Source: Candidatus Sericytochromatia bacterium (GTDB taxonomy: Bacteria > Cyanobacteriota > Sericytochromatia > S15B-MN24 > UBA4093). From it: a DNA stretch of 64,000 nucleotides. The stretch lies in contig JAKFCT010000029.1 of NCBI GenBank assembly GCA_036676495.1, positions 80,051-144,050 of the forward strand, in the 5' to 3' direction. This document shows positions 48,301 to 57,634 of this stretch, one piece after another; positions within the stretch are counted from its first letter, which is position 1; each line of letters starts with the position of its first letter. Both the position numbers and the translations under genes were made by a program. The notes below the pieces were generated by a model. That model had not been told where the DNA came from. It saw only the letters and a list, made by a program, of their open reading frames with translations, and did not search any database.

Positions 48301-48561
48301 CAGGATGAGCGGCCAGCCCACGAGGAAGGTCAGCGTGGCGCCGATGGCCAGGTAAAGGTCCCCGAGGCCTTGGTTGAAGAGCGATGCCCCGCTCGCGAAG
48401 TAGCCCCAGCCGGTGAAGTGGACGCCCAGTGCCAGCGAGTAGACGAGGGGATGATGGATCCAGGTCGCCCCGGTCTTGCGGCTGCGCTCGGCAAAGAGGG
48501 CCACGGCGAAGAGCAGCAGCAGATAAGCGACGGCAAGGCCGATGACGAGCGGCGCGGGCAT
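45379..48561 (-). CDS. Na+/solute symporter-GAF-histidine kinase fusion (CbrA/CrbS-like)
   Basis: About 500 aa multi-TM region (VYSLALGV..TGW.YF, FAILFGAR, LPRMFH), GAF, H-box SHDLRIPL, N-box NLLSNALKFT, G-boxes DSGVGI and GTGLGL. Confidence 0.92.
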   Translation of the reverse strand: MPAPLVIGLAVAYLLLLFAVALFAERSRKTGATWIHHPLVYSLALGVHFTGWGYFASGASLFNQGLGDLYLAIGATLTFLVGWPLILKIIRISQEQRITTLPELLTLRYGPSLPLKLLVSSQLIAGALFYLALQFSAVSNASYLLIVEPNVPPAPTTGLGGLLLALAAAAFAILFGARRTDPTERHEGIVVAVALDGVVKLAALGAVALLVVVSFPELFRASAAWPTLEIGPPANPYPASIAYLMIGMTTAILLPRMFHLTVVENVSERQLLWARWIFPLLTVLLTVFATLIAWAGARLGLVGGELEGVAIWVPELAGAPTMAVVGYLGGVSASASMMIVSLTALANLIMTNLVLPPLSGMGARLAPWLRPIRWAIIALLAFLAWGVWTFTRLDYLSQYGFLAMIATALVAPAVLLGLLFPRLQGPAVLWGNALGLATWLYTGILPVVAEAYPGLDAVMSNGPWGLAFLRPTALFGMTGWDPYAHCFFWSIAMNLAATFLLALRMPENRVEEARVRSLLEGEASPLPSQQQLRAVLNPGDVQEFLSAFMGDERAEAEARSIQSRIADLDLPGESKLLMIRNGLERVLRGPLGHDGASRIVQDRFPVSEQLLPDVMEAFQELEESLQANQEELARRLRELSFLNEAAEILVTETETPTLTRAICQLIQEEFHLDHVAVLLVDGGSLRLACDQGFKLTSAGLEPVAGTALYEALHRRESRLIRAGEPEAATDPLLRASNCREVAYIPIVFENELLGVLAIGVKAQTVHLSEAFLRVMGVMANELAIALSNAMLKADLEDRVRLRTEELAQERDRLAQANEKLSKAIDELRNLDRVKGAFLNAVSHDLRIPLTGIMGYAEFLEDGVGGTLSAEQMDFAQQITQQAERMTGLLNELLDFARMEAGKFKIDPRPMAYSDVLNSAVNTFRPAMAKKNLDVAVELAPDLPLVQADPDRVIQILSNLLSNALKFTPEGGRIRVRAYLEGLMVVTEVSDSGVGIPRKDLPHMFERFYQSEAGKKAGGTGLGLSITKSLVEAHGGTIEVSSTPGQGSTFRFTLPVADSER

Positions 48562-48565
48562 CTCG

Positions 48566-48799
48566 CTAGCGCCTCGGGCGCCAGAGCGCGCAGAGCGCGA
48601 CGAGCCCGCCCCAGACCCCGAAGACGTACCAGAGGATCAGCGGGATGCCGAGCAGTTGCCTCCCCTGGGTGAAGGGCGCGAACCAGGGATAGCTCAGCAG
48701 AAAGAGGGCGATCACGCCGAACCCAACCCACGGCAGGGGATCAGGGCCTCGGGGAGCCTTCGGAGAGGGGGGTTCCCATGGTCCAGGGGCGTTCGTCAT
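48566..48799 (-). CDS. Small two-TM partner protein of the symporter-kinase
   Basis: LFLLSYPW...LLGIPLILWYVFGVW; ends 4 bp upstream of the kinase start. Confidence 0.75.
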   Translation of the reverse strand: MTNAPGPWEPPSPKAPRGPDPLPWVGFGVIALFLLSYPWFAPFTQGRQLLGIPLILWYVFGVWGGLVALCALWRPRR

Positions 48800-48805
48800 A
48801 CCCTG

Positions 48806-48845
48806 ACGATACGTCCCTCCGCGGGCTTGGTCAAGGTTTGTTAAG
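48806..48845 (-). promoter_or_regulatory. Sigma70-type promoter, probably giving a leaderless mRNA
   Basis: TTGACC-17bp-TATCGT with 6 nt between the -10 box and ATG 48799; no canonical SD. Confidence 0.55.
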
Positions 48846-48860
48846 CGATGAGGAGACGGC

Positions 48861-49649
48861 TCAGGTGGCGCGGCGCGCGGTGAACAAGGCAGCGACTTGA
48901 TGAACGAAGGCCGAAAGCCAGTTCTTGAGGCGCTGCCACAGCGGCAAGGGCTCGGAGTCGGCGAGGAGCTCGGGAGTCACGGGGGCTCCGTCGAGGGCTC
49001 TCATGGCCGATTGCACGCCGGGATCGGAGGGATAGCGCAACGGCGGGGCCTCCGGCGGGATCGCTTGGAGCGTGGCGACGGCTTCCGGCGGGGCGCTGGA
49101 CTCACTCACGCCCTTGACGGCGGCTTCAACCGGGGGTGGCGTCGGCTGGGAGCGGGGAGCGCGGACCTTGCGGGGCGGCTTCGCTGCGGTCGAGAAGAGC
49201 CCCGGGTTGACCGGCTTGCCGTTCAGGCGCAACTCGTAGTGGAGGTGAGGACCGGTCGAATGCCCGGTGCTTCCGACGTAGGCCACGATCGCGCCGGCTT
49301 CCACCTCCTGGCCGACCGCTACCGCCAGGCGGCTGGCATGCCCGTAAAGCGTCGACCAGCCGCCGGGATGCGAGAGGATCACGGCGTTGCCATAGCCTCC
49401 CTTGCGGCCGGCGAAGGAAACCTTGCCGGCTTTGGAGGCGCGGATCGGCGTGCCCATGGCAGCCGCGAGATCGTAACCGTCGTGATGGCCGCTGGGCTTG
49501 GCTTCCCCGCTGACCGGGTCGACCGTCCTGAGCCCGTAATCCGAGCTCAGGCGACCTTCCGGGAGCGGGTTCACCTGGGGGATGGTCGGAGCGTCCGCAC
49601 ATCCCGCCAGGAGCGCGAGAGCCAGGCCCAGTGGCCAAGCACGCCGCAT
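48861..49649 (-). CDS. M23-family peptidase lipoprotein
   Basis: Lipobox LAGC, HDGYD (HxxxD), YGH, STGPHLHYE (HxH). Confidence 0.9.
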   Translation of the reverse strand: MRRAWPLGLALALLAGCADAPTIPQVNPLPEGRLSSDYGLRTVDPVSGEAKPSGHHDGYDLAAAMGTPIRASKAGKVSFAGRKGGYGNAVILSHPGGWSTLYGHASRLAVAVGQEVEAGAIVAYVGSTGHSTGPHLHYELRLNGKPVNPGLFSTAAKPPRKVRAPRSQPTPPPVEAAVKGVSESSAPPEAVATLQAIPPEAPPLRYPSDPGVQSAMRALDGAPVTPELLADSEPLPLWQRLKNWLSAFVHQVAALFTARRAT

Positions 49650-49650
49650 G

Positions 49651-50949
49651 CTAGAGCGCCTTGAACGCCTTCCGGGCGGCGGCGATCGTCGCTTCGACCT
49701 CGGCGGGGCCGTGGGCCAGCGAGACGAAGTTGGCCTCGAACTGCGACGGGGGCAGGTAGACTCCCGCTTCCCGCATCAGGCGGTGGTAGCGCCCGAACTT
49801 GGCCGTGTCCGAAACCTTGGCCGTCTCCCAATCCGAGACCGGAGTCTCGGTGAAGAACAGGGTGAACATGGCGCCCAGCTGGTTGATCTGGACGGGGATG
49901 CCCGCTTCTCCGGCGGCCTCCGAGAGGCCGAGGCAAAGCGCCTGGGTCGTGTCCTCCAGCTTGGCGTAGACGCCGGGCTTGGCGAGCTCCGCCAGGGTGG
50001 CGAGGCCCGCGGCGACGGCGACGGGGTTGCCCGACATCGTGCCGGCCTGGTACATGGGGCCCGCGGGGGCGACCATCTCCATGATCTCCCGCCGGCCGCC
50101 GTAGGCGCCGATCGGCATGCCGCCGCCAATGGCCTTGGCGAGGCAGGTGAGGTCCGGCGTGATGCCGAAGCGCCGCTGCGCGCCGCCCCAGGCCACCCGG
50201 AAGCCCGTCATGACCTCGTCGAAGATCAACAGGGAGCCGTAGCGGGTGGTGAGGGCGCGGAGGTGCTCCAGGAAGCCCTCCTGGGGCACGAGGACGCCCG
50301 CGTTGCCGACGACCGGCTCGATGATCACGCCCGCGATCTGATCGCCGTGTTCGGCGAAGAGGGCATCGAGCGCTTGCTTGTCGTTGAAGGGCGCCGTGAG
50401 CGTGTTGGCCACCGAGGCCGCCGGCACTCCGGGGCTGTCGGGAAGGCCGAGGGTGGCCACTCCCGAGCCGGCCTGCACCAGCAGCATGTCGGCGTGGCCG
50501 TGGTAGCAGCCGATGAACTTGACGATCTTCTCGCGGCCCGTGAAGGCGCGCGCCAGGCGCAGCGCGCTCATGGTCGCCTCGGTGCCGGAGTTGACCAGCC
50601 GGACCACCTCCATCGACGGCAGCGCCTCGCGGATCACCTGAGCGATCCGGTTCTCGAGAGGCCCCGGGGCCCCGAAGCCGAAGCCGTTCTCCACGGTCTC
50701 CTTGACGGCCGAGACGGCCGCCGGATGGGCATGGCCCAGAATGGCGGGACCCCAGGCGCCGACGTAGTCGATGTAGCGGTTGCCGTCGACATCCCAGATA
50801 TGAGGGCCTTGGCCCTTGTCGAAGAACAACGGATCGCCCCCGACGGAGCGGAAGGCGCGGACGGGGGAGTTCACCCCGCCGGGCATGAGGTCCTTGGCTT
50901 CCTGCCAGAGGGCCTGGGAGTTCTGAGTTGCGAGCACGGTGGATTCCAT
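49651..50949 (-). CDS. hemL: Glutamate-1-semialdehyde 2,1-aminomutase
   Basis: [45 protein letters not shown]. Confidence 0.97.
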   Translation of the reverse strand: MESTVLATQNSQALWQEAKDLMPGGVNSPVRAFRSVGGDPLFFDKGQGPHIWDVDGNRYIDYVGAWGPAILGHAHPAAVSAVKETVENGFGFGAPGPLENRIAQVIREALPSMEVVRLVNSGTEATMSALRLARAFTGREKIVKFIGCYHGHADMLLVQAGSGVATLGLPDSPGVPAASVANTLTAPFNDKQALDALFAEHGDQIAGVIIEPVVGNAGVLVPQEGFLEHLRALTTRYGSLLIFDEVMTGFRVAWGGAQRRFGITPDLTCLAKAIGGGMPIGAYGGRREIMEMVAPAGPMYQAGTMSGNPVAVAAGLATLAELAKPGVYAKLEDTTQALCLGLSEAAGEAGIPVQINQLGAMFTLFFTETPVSDWETAKVSDTAKFGRYHRLMREAGVYLPPSQFEANFVSLAHGPAEVEATIAAARKAFKAL

Positions 50950-50960
50950 GAGGGCTCCTG

Positions 50961-52058
50961 TTACTTGTTTGACGGGGCTTCAGCGGGAGGCTTCGGCGGC
51001 ATCTCCGGGTACTTGATCGGGTTGACGATGTCCTTGATGAGCAAGAGACTCATCAGGCCCAAGAGCAGGACCAGACCCGTCTGCATGATGGGCTCTTCGA
51101 TCTTGCGCGGCACCGGCCGGCGGAAGATCCCCTCGATCAGGAGGAAGACCATGTGGCCGCCGTCCAAAGCCGGCAGGGGCAGGACGTTCATGATGGCGAG
51201 CGAGAGCGAGATCAGCGCGGTGAAGCTCAACAGGTTGCGGGCGTCGTTCTGACCGACGAAGCTACCGGCGCGAACGATCTCGACCGGGCCTCCGACCTCG
51301 CTGAGGCTGACCTTGCCGGTCACGAGCTGGGCGAGACCGTCCACGGACTTGACGGTGAGGTCCACCTGCTGGGTCCAGGCTCCGACGACCGGGTTGGCGG
51401 GACGGACGTACTCGCGGACCGCGAGGGGCCCGATGCCGACGCCGATCTTGCCCGCGGCGCTGGGAGTGACCGCCAGCGGCAGGGTCTGCTCCCCGCGGGC
51501 CACGATCATGGTGATGGGCTGGTTGGCCCGGGCCTTGACGGCCGTGATGAAGGCGTCGCCGTCGGTGACGGGCTGGCCGTCGATGGAGACGACGCGATCG
51601 CCCGCCTGGAAGCCCGCGACGGCCGCCGGCTGCCCCGCCATGACCTGGGTCACGTGCAGGCGCGGGTCCTGGACCTTGACCTCGGCGAAGCCGACGGTCA
51701 CCGCCGCGATGAAGAGGGCCACGTAGGCGGCGAGGAAGTTGAAAAGCACGCCGCCCGAGACCACCAGGAAGCGCTGCCAGACGGCGCGGTTCCGCAGCAG
51801 GCGCGGATCGTCCTCGGGATAGCCGGCTTCCTTGTCGTCGTCGAGGAAGGCGCAGTAGCCTCCCAGCGGCAAGACGTTGAGGCGGACGTTGGTCTCCCCC
51901 CACTGGCGCTGCCAGAGGGCCTTGCCGAATCCGAGCGCGAACTCCTTGACCGGCACCTTCAGCGCCTTGGCCATCAGGAAGTGCCCCAGCTCGTGGATGA
52001 GGATGAGGACCCCCACGATGCCGATCGCGATGAGCGTAAAGAGGAACTTATCAGGCAT
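50961..52058 (-). CDS. rseP: RIP metalloprotease RseP (M50, PDZ)
   Basis: IHELGH, LPLGGY, PDZ domain, [12 protein letters not shown]. Confidence 0.95.
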   Translation of the reverse strand: MPDKFLFTLIAIGIVGVLILIHELGHFLMAKALKVPVKEFALGFGKALWQRQWGETNVRLNVLPLGGYCAFLDDDKEAGYPEDDPRLLRNRAVWQRFLVVSGGVLFNFLAAYVALFIAAVTVGFAEVKVQDPRLHVTQVMAGQPAAVAGFQAGDRVVSIDGQPVTDGDAFITAVKARANQPITMIVARGEQTLPLAVTPSAAGKIGVGIGPLAVREYVRPANPVVGAWTQQVDLTVKSVDGLAQLVTGKVSLSEVGGPVEIVRAGSFVGQNDARNLLSFTALISLSLAIMNVLPLPALDGGHMVFLLIEGIFRRPVPRKIEEPIMQTGLVLLLGLMSLLLIKDIVNPIKYPEMPPKPPAEAPSNK

Positions 52059-52486
52059 TTCTCACCAATCACGCCCCGCTTTTCCCGCAGAGCGCCCCGT
52101 TAAAGGAACACAGCCGGATCTTTCGCCGGTGTACAGGCCGGCTCCATTCTATCATGGGCGCTCCCGTGGGCGCCCCGAGCGGGTCTGCGCGAGCCCCGCG
52201 CCCGCGCTCCCCGGTCCTCCACGCCAGTCTAGCAAGGGAAACGCGGCGTGCCCGCGGCCGAGCTGCACGCAAGATCTTGGCCTCCCGGGACGAAAATGAT
52301 CCCATTGGCTGGAAAACCGCCCCGCATCCGGTTAGATCCGCCCGTCGCCGCGGAATAATGCCTGGGGGTCGCTCGCCCCGCTGAAGGCCCGACGGTAGTA
52401 CCCGTCACAGACCCCCGGACCGGCGCCCGCTAGACTCGGGCTACGCCTGTTTGGCCATCCCCACCTGACCGTAAGGAGGCACTCCG

Positions 52487-53995
52487 TTGAGACTGAGGAA
52501 CCTGGGCCGCCCGCCAATGGCGCTGAGCGTGATGGCAGCGATCGCCTTCGGAACCTGCGCCCCGCTCCTCGCCAGCGAACCCGCCTCGGCCCAGATGAAA
52601 GCCGCGCAACTGCTGGACGTCGGCCCCAACCACTGGGCCTACGGCGCCATCCAGACCCTCATGGAAAAGTACCGCATCATGAGCGGCTTCCCCGACAAGA
52701 CCTTCCGCGGCCAGCGCACCGTCTCCCGCTACGAGCTCGCCGCCGTCCTCGCCACCGTCATGGACCGCATGGAAGACCTCGCCCAGCAGCCCGGACGCGT
52801 CACCAACCAGGACAAGGCCACCGTCGACCGCCTCAAGACCGAGTTCGCCACCGAGCTCGCCACCCTGAACCAGCGCGTCACCACCCTCGAATCCTCCGTC
52901 AAGGGCCTCGAAGGCGAAATCAAATCCCTCAAGGCCAGCCTCGGCAACATGGGCAACAACGGCGGCAAGGTCCGCGGCGGCGTCGGCCTCAAGATCCTCG
53001 ACGACCCCGAGGACAAGCTCAAGCCTTACGCCAGCACCTCCTTCTACGCCGTCTTCAGCGGCAGCACCGAGGACGGCACCTCCTACTCCGCCACCCTCTC
53101 CGGCGCCAACTCCGCCCGGGCCTCCGGCAACACCCCGATCATCAGCCGCGGAGCCCCCACCGAAAAGGGAGCGCCCCCCACCGGCGGCGTCAGCCTCGGC
53201 GGCACCGTCAGCCTGACCACCAAGCACCCGCAGCTGGGCGCCATGACCGCCAAGGCCGGCCGCTTCTCCGTGGGCTCGCTCATGGACCTGGGCGGCTACG
53301 CCGCCCACTGGGGCGACGGCATCATGGGCGTCGGCTTCTCCGAGCCCAACGCCTCCTCCGTCCGCGGCGCCGCCGACGTCGGCGTCGGCAGCTCCTTCAA
53401 GCTCGGCCAGGTCGGCATCGCCGCCGCCGTCAACTCCGTCTACCTCTTCGGCGGCGCCTCCTACGACTTCGGGATCGGCTCGGCCGTGATCCTGGCGGAC
53501 GTCGACCATAACTCCATCGGTGCCGTCGAGCTCACGGGCGATCCGGCCTACAACCTCGCCGCCGCCCTCAACTTCGGCTCCGACAAGCTCGGCCTCTCCC
53601 TGCAGGGCGCCCTCGCCAAGGAAGTCCCCTCCATGGCGGCCATGCTCACCACCAACGTCTTCGGAGCCGAGCTCTCGGGCGGCTTCCGCACCAACTCGGA
53701 CCCCACCCAGGGCATCCACGAACTCGTCCCGGCGGCCTACGCCTTCTACCCCAAGCTCCCCTTCCTCGGCTGGTCCCTGCTGATCGCCGCCGCCGAGCCC
53801 CAGACCTTCGCCACCCCCGAAGGCACCGCGGGCCCCGGCTCCCTGATGGGCACCAAGGCCGGCGTCACCCTCCAGGTCGGCATCCCCAACCCGTACATCC
53901 CCAACCTCACCGCGGAATTCGCCCGCATGTCCGATACCCTCACCGGAGACTACGACGGGATGGGCTATGGCATCACCTCGACGGTCAACTTCTAG
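52487..53995 (+). CDS. SLH-domain outer-membrane porin (cyanobacterial SomA / OmpM-like)
   Basis: Signal peptide, DVGPNHWAYGAIQTL..KY...GFPDKTFRGQRTVSRYELA SLH domain, coiled coil, beta-rich C-terminus ending in Phe. AAGGAGG before the TTG start. Confidence 0.88.
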   Translation: MRLRNLGRPPMALSVMAAIAFGTCAPLLASEPASAQMKAAQLLDVGPNHWAYGAIQTLMEKYRIMSGFPDKTFRGQRTVSRYELAAVLATVMDRMEDLAQQPGRVTNQDKATVDRLKTEFATELATLNQRVTTLESSVKGLEGEIKSLKASLGNMGNNGGKVRGGVGLKILDDPEDKLKPYASTSFYAVFSGSTEDGTSYSATLSGANSARASGNTPIISRGAPTEKGAPPTGGVSLGGTVSLTTKHPQLGAMTAKAGRFSVGSLMDLGGYAAHWGDGIMGVGFSEPNASSVRGAADVGVGSSFKLGQVGIAAAVNSVYLFGGASYDFGIGSAVILADVDHNSIGAVELTGDPAYNLAAALNFGSDKLGLSLQGALAKEVPSMAAMLTTNVFGAELSGGFRTNSDPTQGIHELVPAAYAFYPKLPFLGWSLLIAAAEPQTFATPEGTAGPGSLMGTKAGVTLQVGIPNPYIPNLTAEFARMSDTLTGDYDGMGYGITSTVNF

Positions 53996-54827
53996 CTCCC
54001 CCCGACGTCCCCCCTCGCTCACGCAGAGCGTTTCCGGGCCTACCGGCCCCAGGGGGGGACGAGCGTCCGGGGCCTGGATAGGCGCTCCCCTGCTCATGAG
54101 CAGCATGCTGCTCACCGGCTGCGACCTCCCGTTCTTCGCCTCCAGCGTGGCGGGAGGCACCGTGCTCGGGATCGTCGAATGGAACGGCCGCCCCGCTCCA
54201 GGCAAGACCGTCCACCTGCTCAAACGGGATGAGAGCGGCAACTTCGCGGCCTACCGCCCCTCGGGCAGCCTGGTCACGGCCACCACGAACGACGCGGGAG
54301 TCTACGCCTTCCAGGGCCTCCCGGAGGGAGCCTACATGGTGAAGTACCTCGCCACCCCGGTCATGGACGCCCAGGGCAACCGGATCGGGCCGAACGAGGT
54401 GGCGGACTGGACCACGCCGGGAGTGAACGTGACCGCGAGCGCGGGCGGGCGGGTCGCGACCTTCGAGATCTCCTTCAACGGCCTGATTTACCCGGAGTCG
54501 GGACGCAACTACCACGTCAACGAGACCGCTCCCCTGCCCTTTCACTGGGCGACCCACATGCGGGCCTCGAGCTACCGCATGATCATCTACCAGCCGAGTG
54601 TCGGAGGGCAGCCGAACACCGCGATCTTCTGGGAGCTCAAGCACACGACCTCCCCCAGCGCCCTCTTCCAGAAGAAGGTCACGGCCGGGAACTACACCTG
54701 GGAGGTCGAGATCCGCAGTAACGCCGGAATCGGCCACAGCATCCGCCGCACGCTCGACCTGAGCACTCCGCTGCCTCCCGAGGACCCCGGCTCCGAGGAT
54801 CCCGACGAGGAGCCCCTCCCGGAGTAA
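53967..54827 (+). CDS. Hypothetical lipoprotein with prealbumin-like/Ig-like domains (true start uncertain, probably downstream)
   Basis: Lipobox LTGC, ATTNDAGVYAFQGLPEGAY. The listed start overlaps the porin gene. Confidence 0.65.
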   Translation: MASPRRSTSSSPRRPPSLTQSVSGPTGPRGGRASGAWIGAPLLMSSMLLTGCDLPFFASSVAGGTVLGIVEWNGRPAPGKTVHLLKRDESGNFAAYRPSGSLVTATTNDAGVYAFQGLPEGAYMVKYLATPVMDAQGNRIGPNEVADWTTPGVNVTASAGGRVATFEISFNGLIYPESGRNYHVNETAPLPFHWATHMRASSYRMIIYQPSVGGQPNTAIFWELKHTTSPSALFQKKVTAGNYTWEVEIRSNAGIGHSIRRTLDLSTPLPPEDPGSEDPDEEPLPE

Positions 54828-55562
54828 CTACCAGCGATCGGAGTACCAGCGATCCGCGAAGCGATTGCGGCGCGGTTTCGGCGTGAAGCGCCGCAGCAGG
54901 GCTCCCACGACCATGCCCACGACGAAGCCCCCCACATGCGCCCACCAGGCCACTCCACCGAGGTCTCCCCGGCCGGTGGCGACCTCGGCGGCGCCTTGCA
55001 GCGCTTGCAGGGCGAACCAGATGCCGAGCAGCCACAAGGCGGAGAGGCGGACGGTGGTGAGGAAGAAGCCGAGGAAGACCAGGGTGAGCACGCGCGCATC
55101 GGGGTAGAGGATGAGGTAGGCGCCGAGGACCCCGGCGATCGCCCCGCTGGCGCCGAGATTGGGAATGCTGCTCTCGGGGTTGAGTCCGACCTGCAGGGCC
55201 GTGGCCGCCGCGCCGGCCGCCAGGTAAAAGACGAGAAAGCCCCAATGCCCCATGCGATCCTCGATGTTATCCCCGAAGATCCAGAGGTAGAGCATGTTCG
55301 AGCCGATGTGCAGCCAGCCGCCGTGCAGGAACATCGCGGTCAGGACGGGCAAGAAGGCCCATGGCGCGACGTTTCCGGCGAGCAGCCCGCGCCAGGCCGC
55401 CGAGAGATCCTGGGGGATCACCGCCCAGGTCCGCAGGAAGGCCTCAAGCTCTCCGGGGCCCAGGACGAGCTCGTAGGCGAAGGCGAGGACGTTCGCGAGG
55501 ATCAGGAGCCAGGTGACGATGGGGCGGTGTCGCGAGGGGATGTCGTCATGTAAGGGGATCAT
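54828..55562 (-). CDS. Rhomboid intramembrane serine protease
   Basis: MFLHGGWLHIGSNM, GASGAIAG, AHVGGF. Confidence 0.95.
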   Translation of the reverse strand: MIPLHDDIPSRHRPIVTWLLILANVLAFAYELVLGPGELEAFLRTWAVIPQDLSAAWRGLLAGNVAPWAFLPVLTAMFLHGGWLHIGSNMLYLWIFGDNIEDRMGHWGFLVFYLAAGAAATALQVGLNPESSIPNLGASGAIAGVLGAYLILYPDARVLTLVFLGFFLTTVRLSALWLLGIWFALQALQGAAEVATGRGDLGGVAWWAHVGGFVVGMVVGALLRRFTPKPRRNRFADRWYSDRW

Positions 55563-55641
55563 GCGCTCCTCCTGATCCCATTTTAAAGCATGAACGCTCG
55601 CGGACCAAGGCGCGGGCGGCGCGGTCGGAGCGGGCGAGGCG

Positions 55642-57618
55642 CTACGGCGGCAGGACGGATTCGGTCGCCAGTACCGGACGCCCGAAGCGCGGGCCGGAGT
55701 TCTGCTGCCCGGGGATCTGCAGCTCGGTGGTCATGATGTAGGACATCGAGGCGGCCGACTGCCCGCCCCAGCCGTCCTTGCCCGGTCCGCGCCAGCGGCT
55801 CTGGCGCGGCAACGGGTTCGCCAGGACCGTCAAGGGCAGCGCATTCGTATCGGAGACGCCGATCTCGAACTTGCCGTAGACATCGGCGTAGGCCGAGGGC
55901 GTCGCCCCCGTGAGCGTCGTGATGACCGCCGGGTCGTCCTTGGGATCGGCCGCCGGAAGCCGGAAGGGAGTGCGGACCCAGCGGTTGTTTACCCGGTCCC
56001 ACCAGATCAAAGCGGCATTCCGCGTCAGGACGGAGTTATCCTTCTCATCCGCCGGCAGCGAATGCGTGGCCAGCATCGGCTTCTTCCCGTTCCATTCGAT
56101 CAGGTAGACCCAGTGCGGGTGCTTCTTGTTGGTGTGATCGGCCGGAACCAGATACTGATTGGCGAGGATCGGGCCGGGGATCCGGAACGAGAGATCGCCC
56201 GAGGCCGGCAGGATCTGCCCCTTGATCACATCCCCGGCCAGCAGCTGCTTATCCAGGAGGCGGTTCACGACGCCCGGCAGCATGGCGCCGTCCTGCGGCG
56301 TGCGCCCGTAGTCCGTGCCGACAGGCATCGTGGCGTCGATGTCCTGCGGGTTGCCGGGTCCCATGGGGACGTAGATCGCCTGCTGGACCCGCTTCCCGCG
56401 CTGGTTGACGGTTGATTCGTTCACGGCCACCAGGTAGAAGATGATGTTGGGACCGCCCCCGGCGGTCTCTTGGCGCATGTGCAGCAGGAGATCGTCCGCC
56501 CGCTTGGGCTTGGCGCCGGTCGAGTCTATGAAGTACTCGCGCAGGATCATCCGGCAATAGACGGCCACCCGGATCGGCTTGCCCCGGTGGTTGACCAGGT
56601 AAATCTTCTTGAGCACCGGGGTGTTCAGGAAGTTGTAGCGCTCCCGGTCGAAGGTGAAGGAGGTTTTTCCCCCCTCGTAGGAGACCTTCTTGCCATGGAG
56701 GGCGGCATCGTCGCGGAGATCGTCGTAGTCCCGGTGATTGGGCCAGGCGCCGACGCCGACGTCGCGATCCACCACGTCGTTTCCCACCCCGGCCTTCCCG
56801 GCCACGAGCGTGTCCCGATCGTGGATCCAGTAGGGAGCGATCGAGCCGCCGTTTTTCGCCCCGTAAAAGTCCTCGAAGCTCTTCCTCAATTCGAGGTTGG
56901 TCGGCGTATTGGGCTCGGTCTCCGTCAGCCAGTACCAGTAGAGGTTCGACACGGGGACGCTGCTCGTGCCGAGGCGGACGGGAAAGGCCAGCTTTGCCTT
57001 GTCCGTGGGGTTCTTGTAGAGCCAGGGATCCGGGTGAGCCGCCGACGGGGTCTGGGTCTTGTAATCGGAATCCAGGCCCGCATGCGCGTCCTCGGTGAAG
57101 TAGGCATCGTCCGCGACGTCCCTGCGCGGCAGTACCCACCAGCCCTTGGCCCAGGCCCGGCTCGCGAGGTTCTGGGCGGCGGTCTTGGCGGGATCCCACT
57201 TCGTCCAATCCGCGAAGGGAGACCAGTTCCGGACGTTCGCGATGACCTGGAACTCGTGCGTGAGATCCCCGGGCTCGCCCGGGGAAATCGCCGCGTCCTT
57301 GCTCGCCATGGCGGTCGTCTGGACGCTAGAGCTGGCGTAGGGAAGCAGGTCCTTCGGGAGGGGAGGAGTGGTTCCGTCGTTGGGTGCAAAGGACCAGTAC
57401 GCGTACGGCATGGTTCCCAGGCCCGGCATGATCTCGGCGACGGCGAGCCGCAGGCCGATCTCGGAGACGCTCAGGATCTCGGCGCGGTTCCGCGTCCGGG
57501 AGGCATCCTTGAAGGAAGCGATCGTCATGGCCACGATCGCCGTCGACAGCACCATCAGGACGCTGACCATGAGCATCGTGATGGGAATGGTGAATCCCTT
57601 CTGCCCCTTACCCCTCAT
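55642..57618 (-). CDS. Large PilX/GspK-like minor (pseudo)pilin
   Basis: Class III signal MRGKGQKG|FTIPI lacking Glu5, a hydrophobic helix, then A...SEIGL; third gene of the pilin cluster. Confidence 0.7.
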   Translation of the reverse strand: MRGKGQKGFTIPITMLMVSVLMVLSTAIVAMTIASFKDASRTRNRAEILSVSEIGLRLAVAEIMPGLGTMPYAYWSFAPNDGTTPPLPKDLLPYASSSVQTTAMASKDAAISPGEPGDLTHEFQVIANVRNWSPFADWTKWDPAKTAAQNLASRAWAKGWWVLPRRDVADDAYFTEDAHAGLDSDYKTQTPSAAHPDPWLYKNPTDKAKLAFPVRLGTSSVPVSNLYWYWLTETEPNTPTNLELRKSFEDFYGAKNGGSIAPYWIHDRDTLVAGKAGVGNDVVDRDVGVGAWPNHRDYDDLRDDAALHGKKVSYEGGKTSFTFDRERYNFLNTPVLKKIYLVNHRGKPIRVAVYCRMILREYFIDSTGAKPKRADDLLLHMRQETAGGGPNIIFYLVAVNESTVNQRGKRVQQAIYVPMGPGNPQDIDATMPVGTDYGRTPQDGAMLPGVVNRLLDKQLLAGDVIKGQILPASGDLSFRIPGPILANQYLVPADHTNKKHPHWVYLIEWNGKKPMLATHSLPADEKDNSVLTRNAALIWWDRVNNRWVRTPFRLPAADPKDDPAVITTLTGATPSAYADVYGKFEIGVSDTNALPLTVLANPLPRQSRWRGPGKDGWGGQSAASMSYIMTTELQIPGQQNSGPRFGRPVLATESVLPP

Positions 57619-57634
57619 GACCTGCGGGCTCCTT

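Noticed and set aside
52360-52480. TPP riboswitch
   Set aside because: Has GGGG...CTGA...ACCC-like words but lacks CUGAGA and the ACCUGAU...AUGCC..CG.AGGGA core; the downstream gene is unrelated to thiamine.
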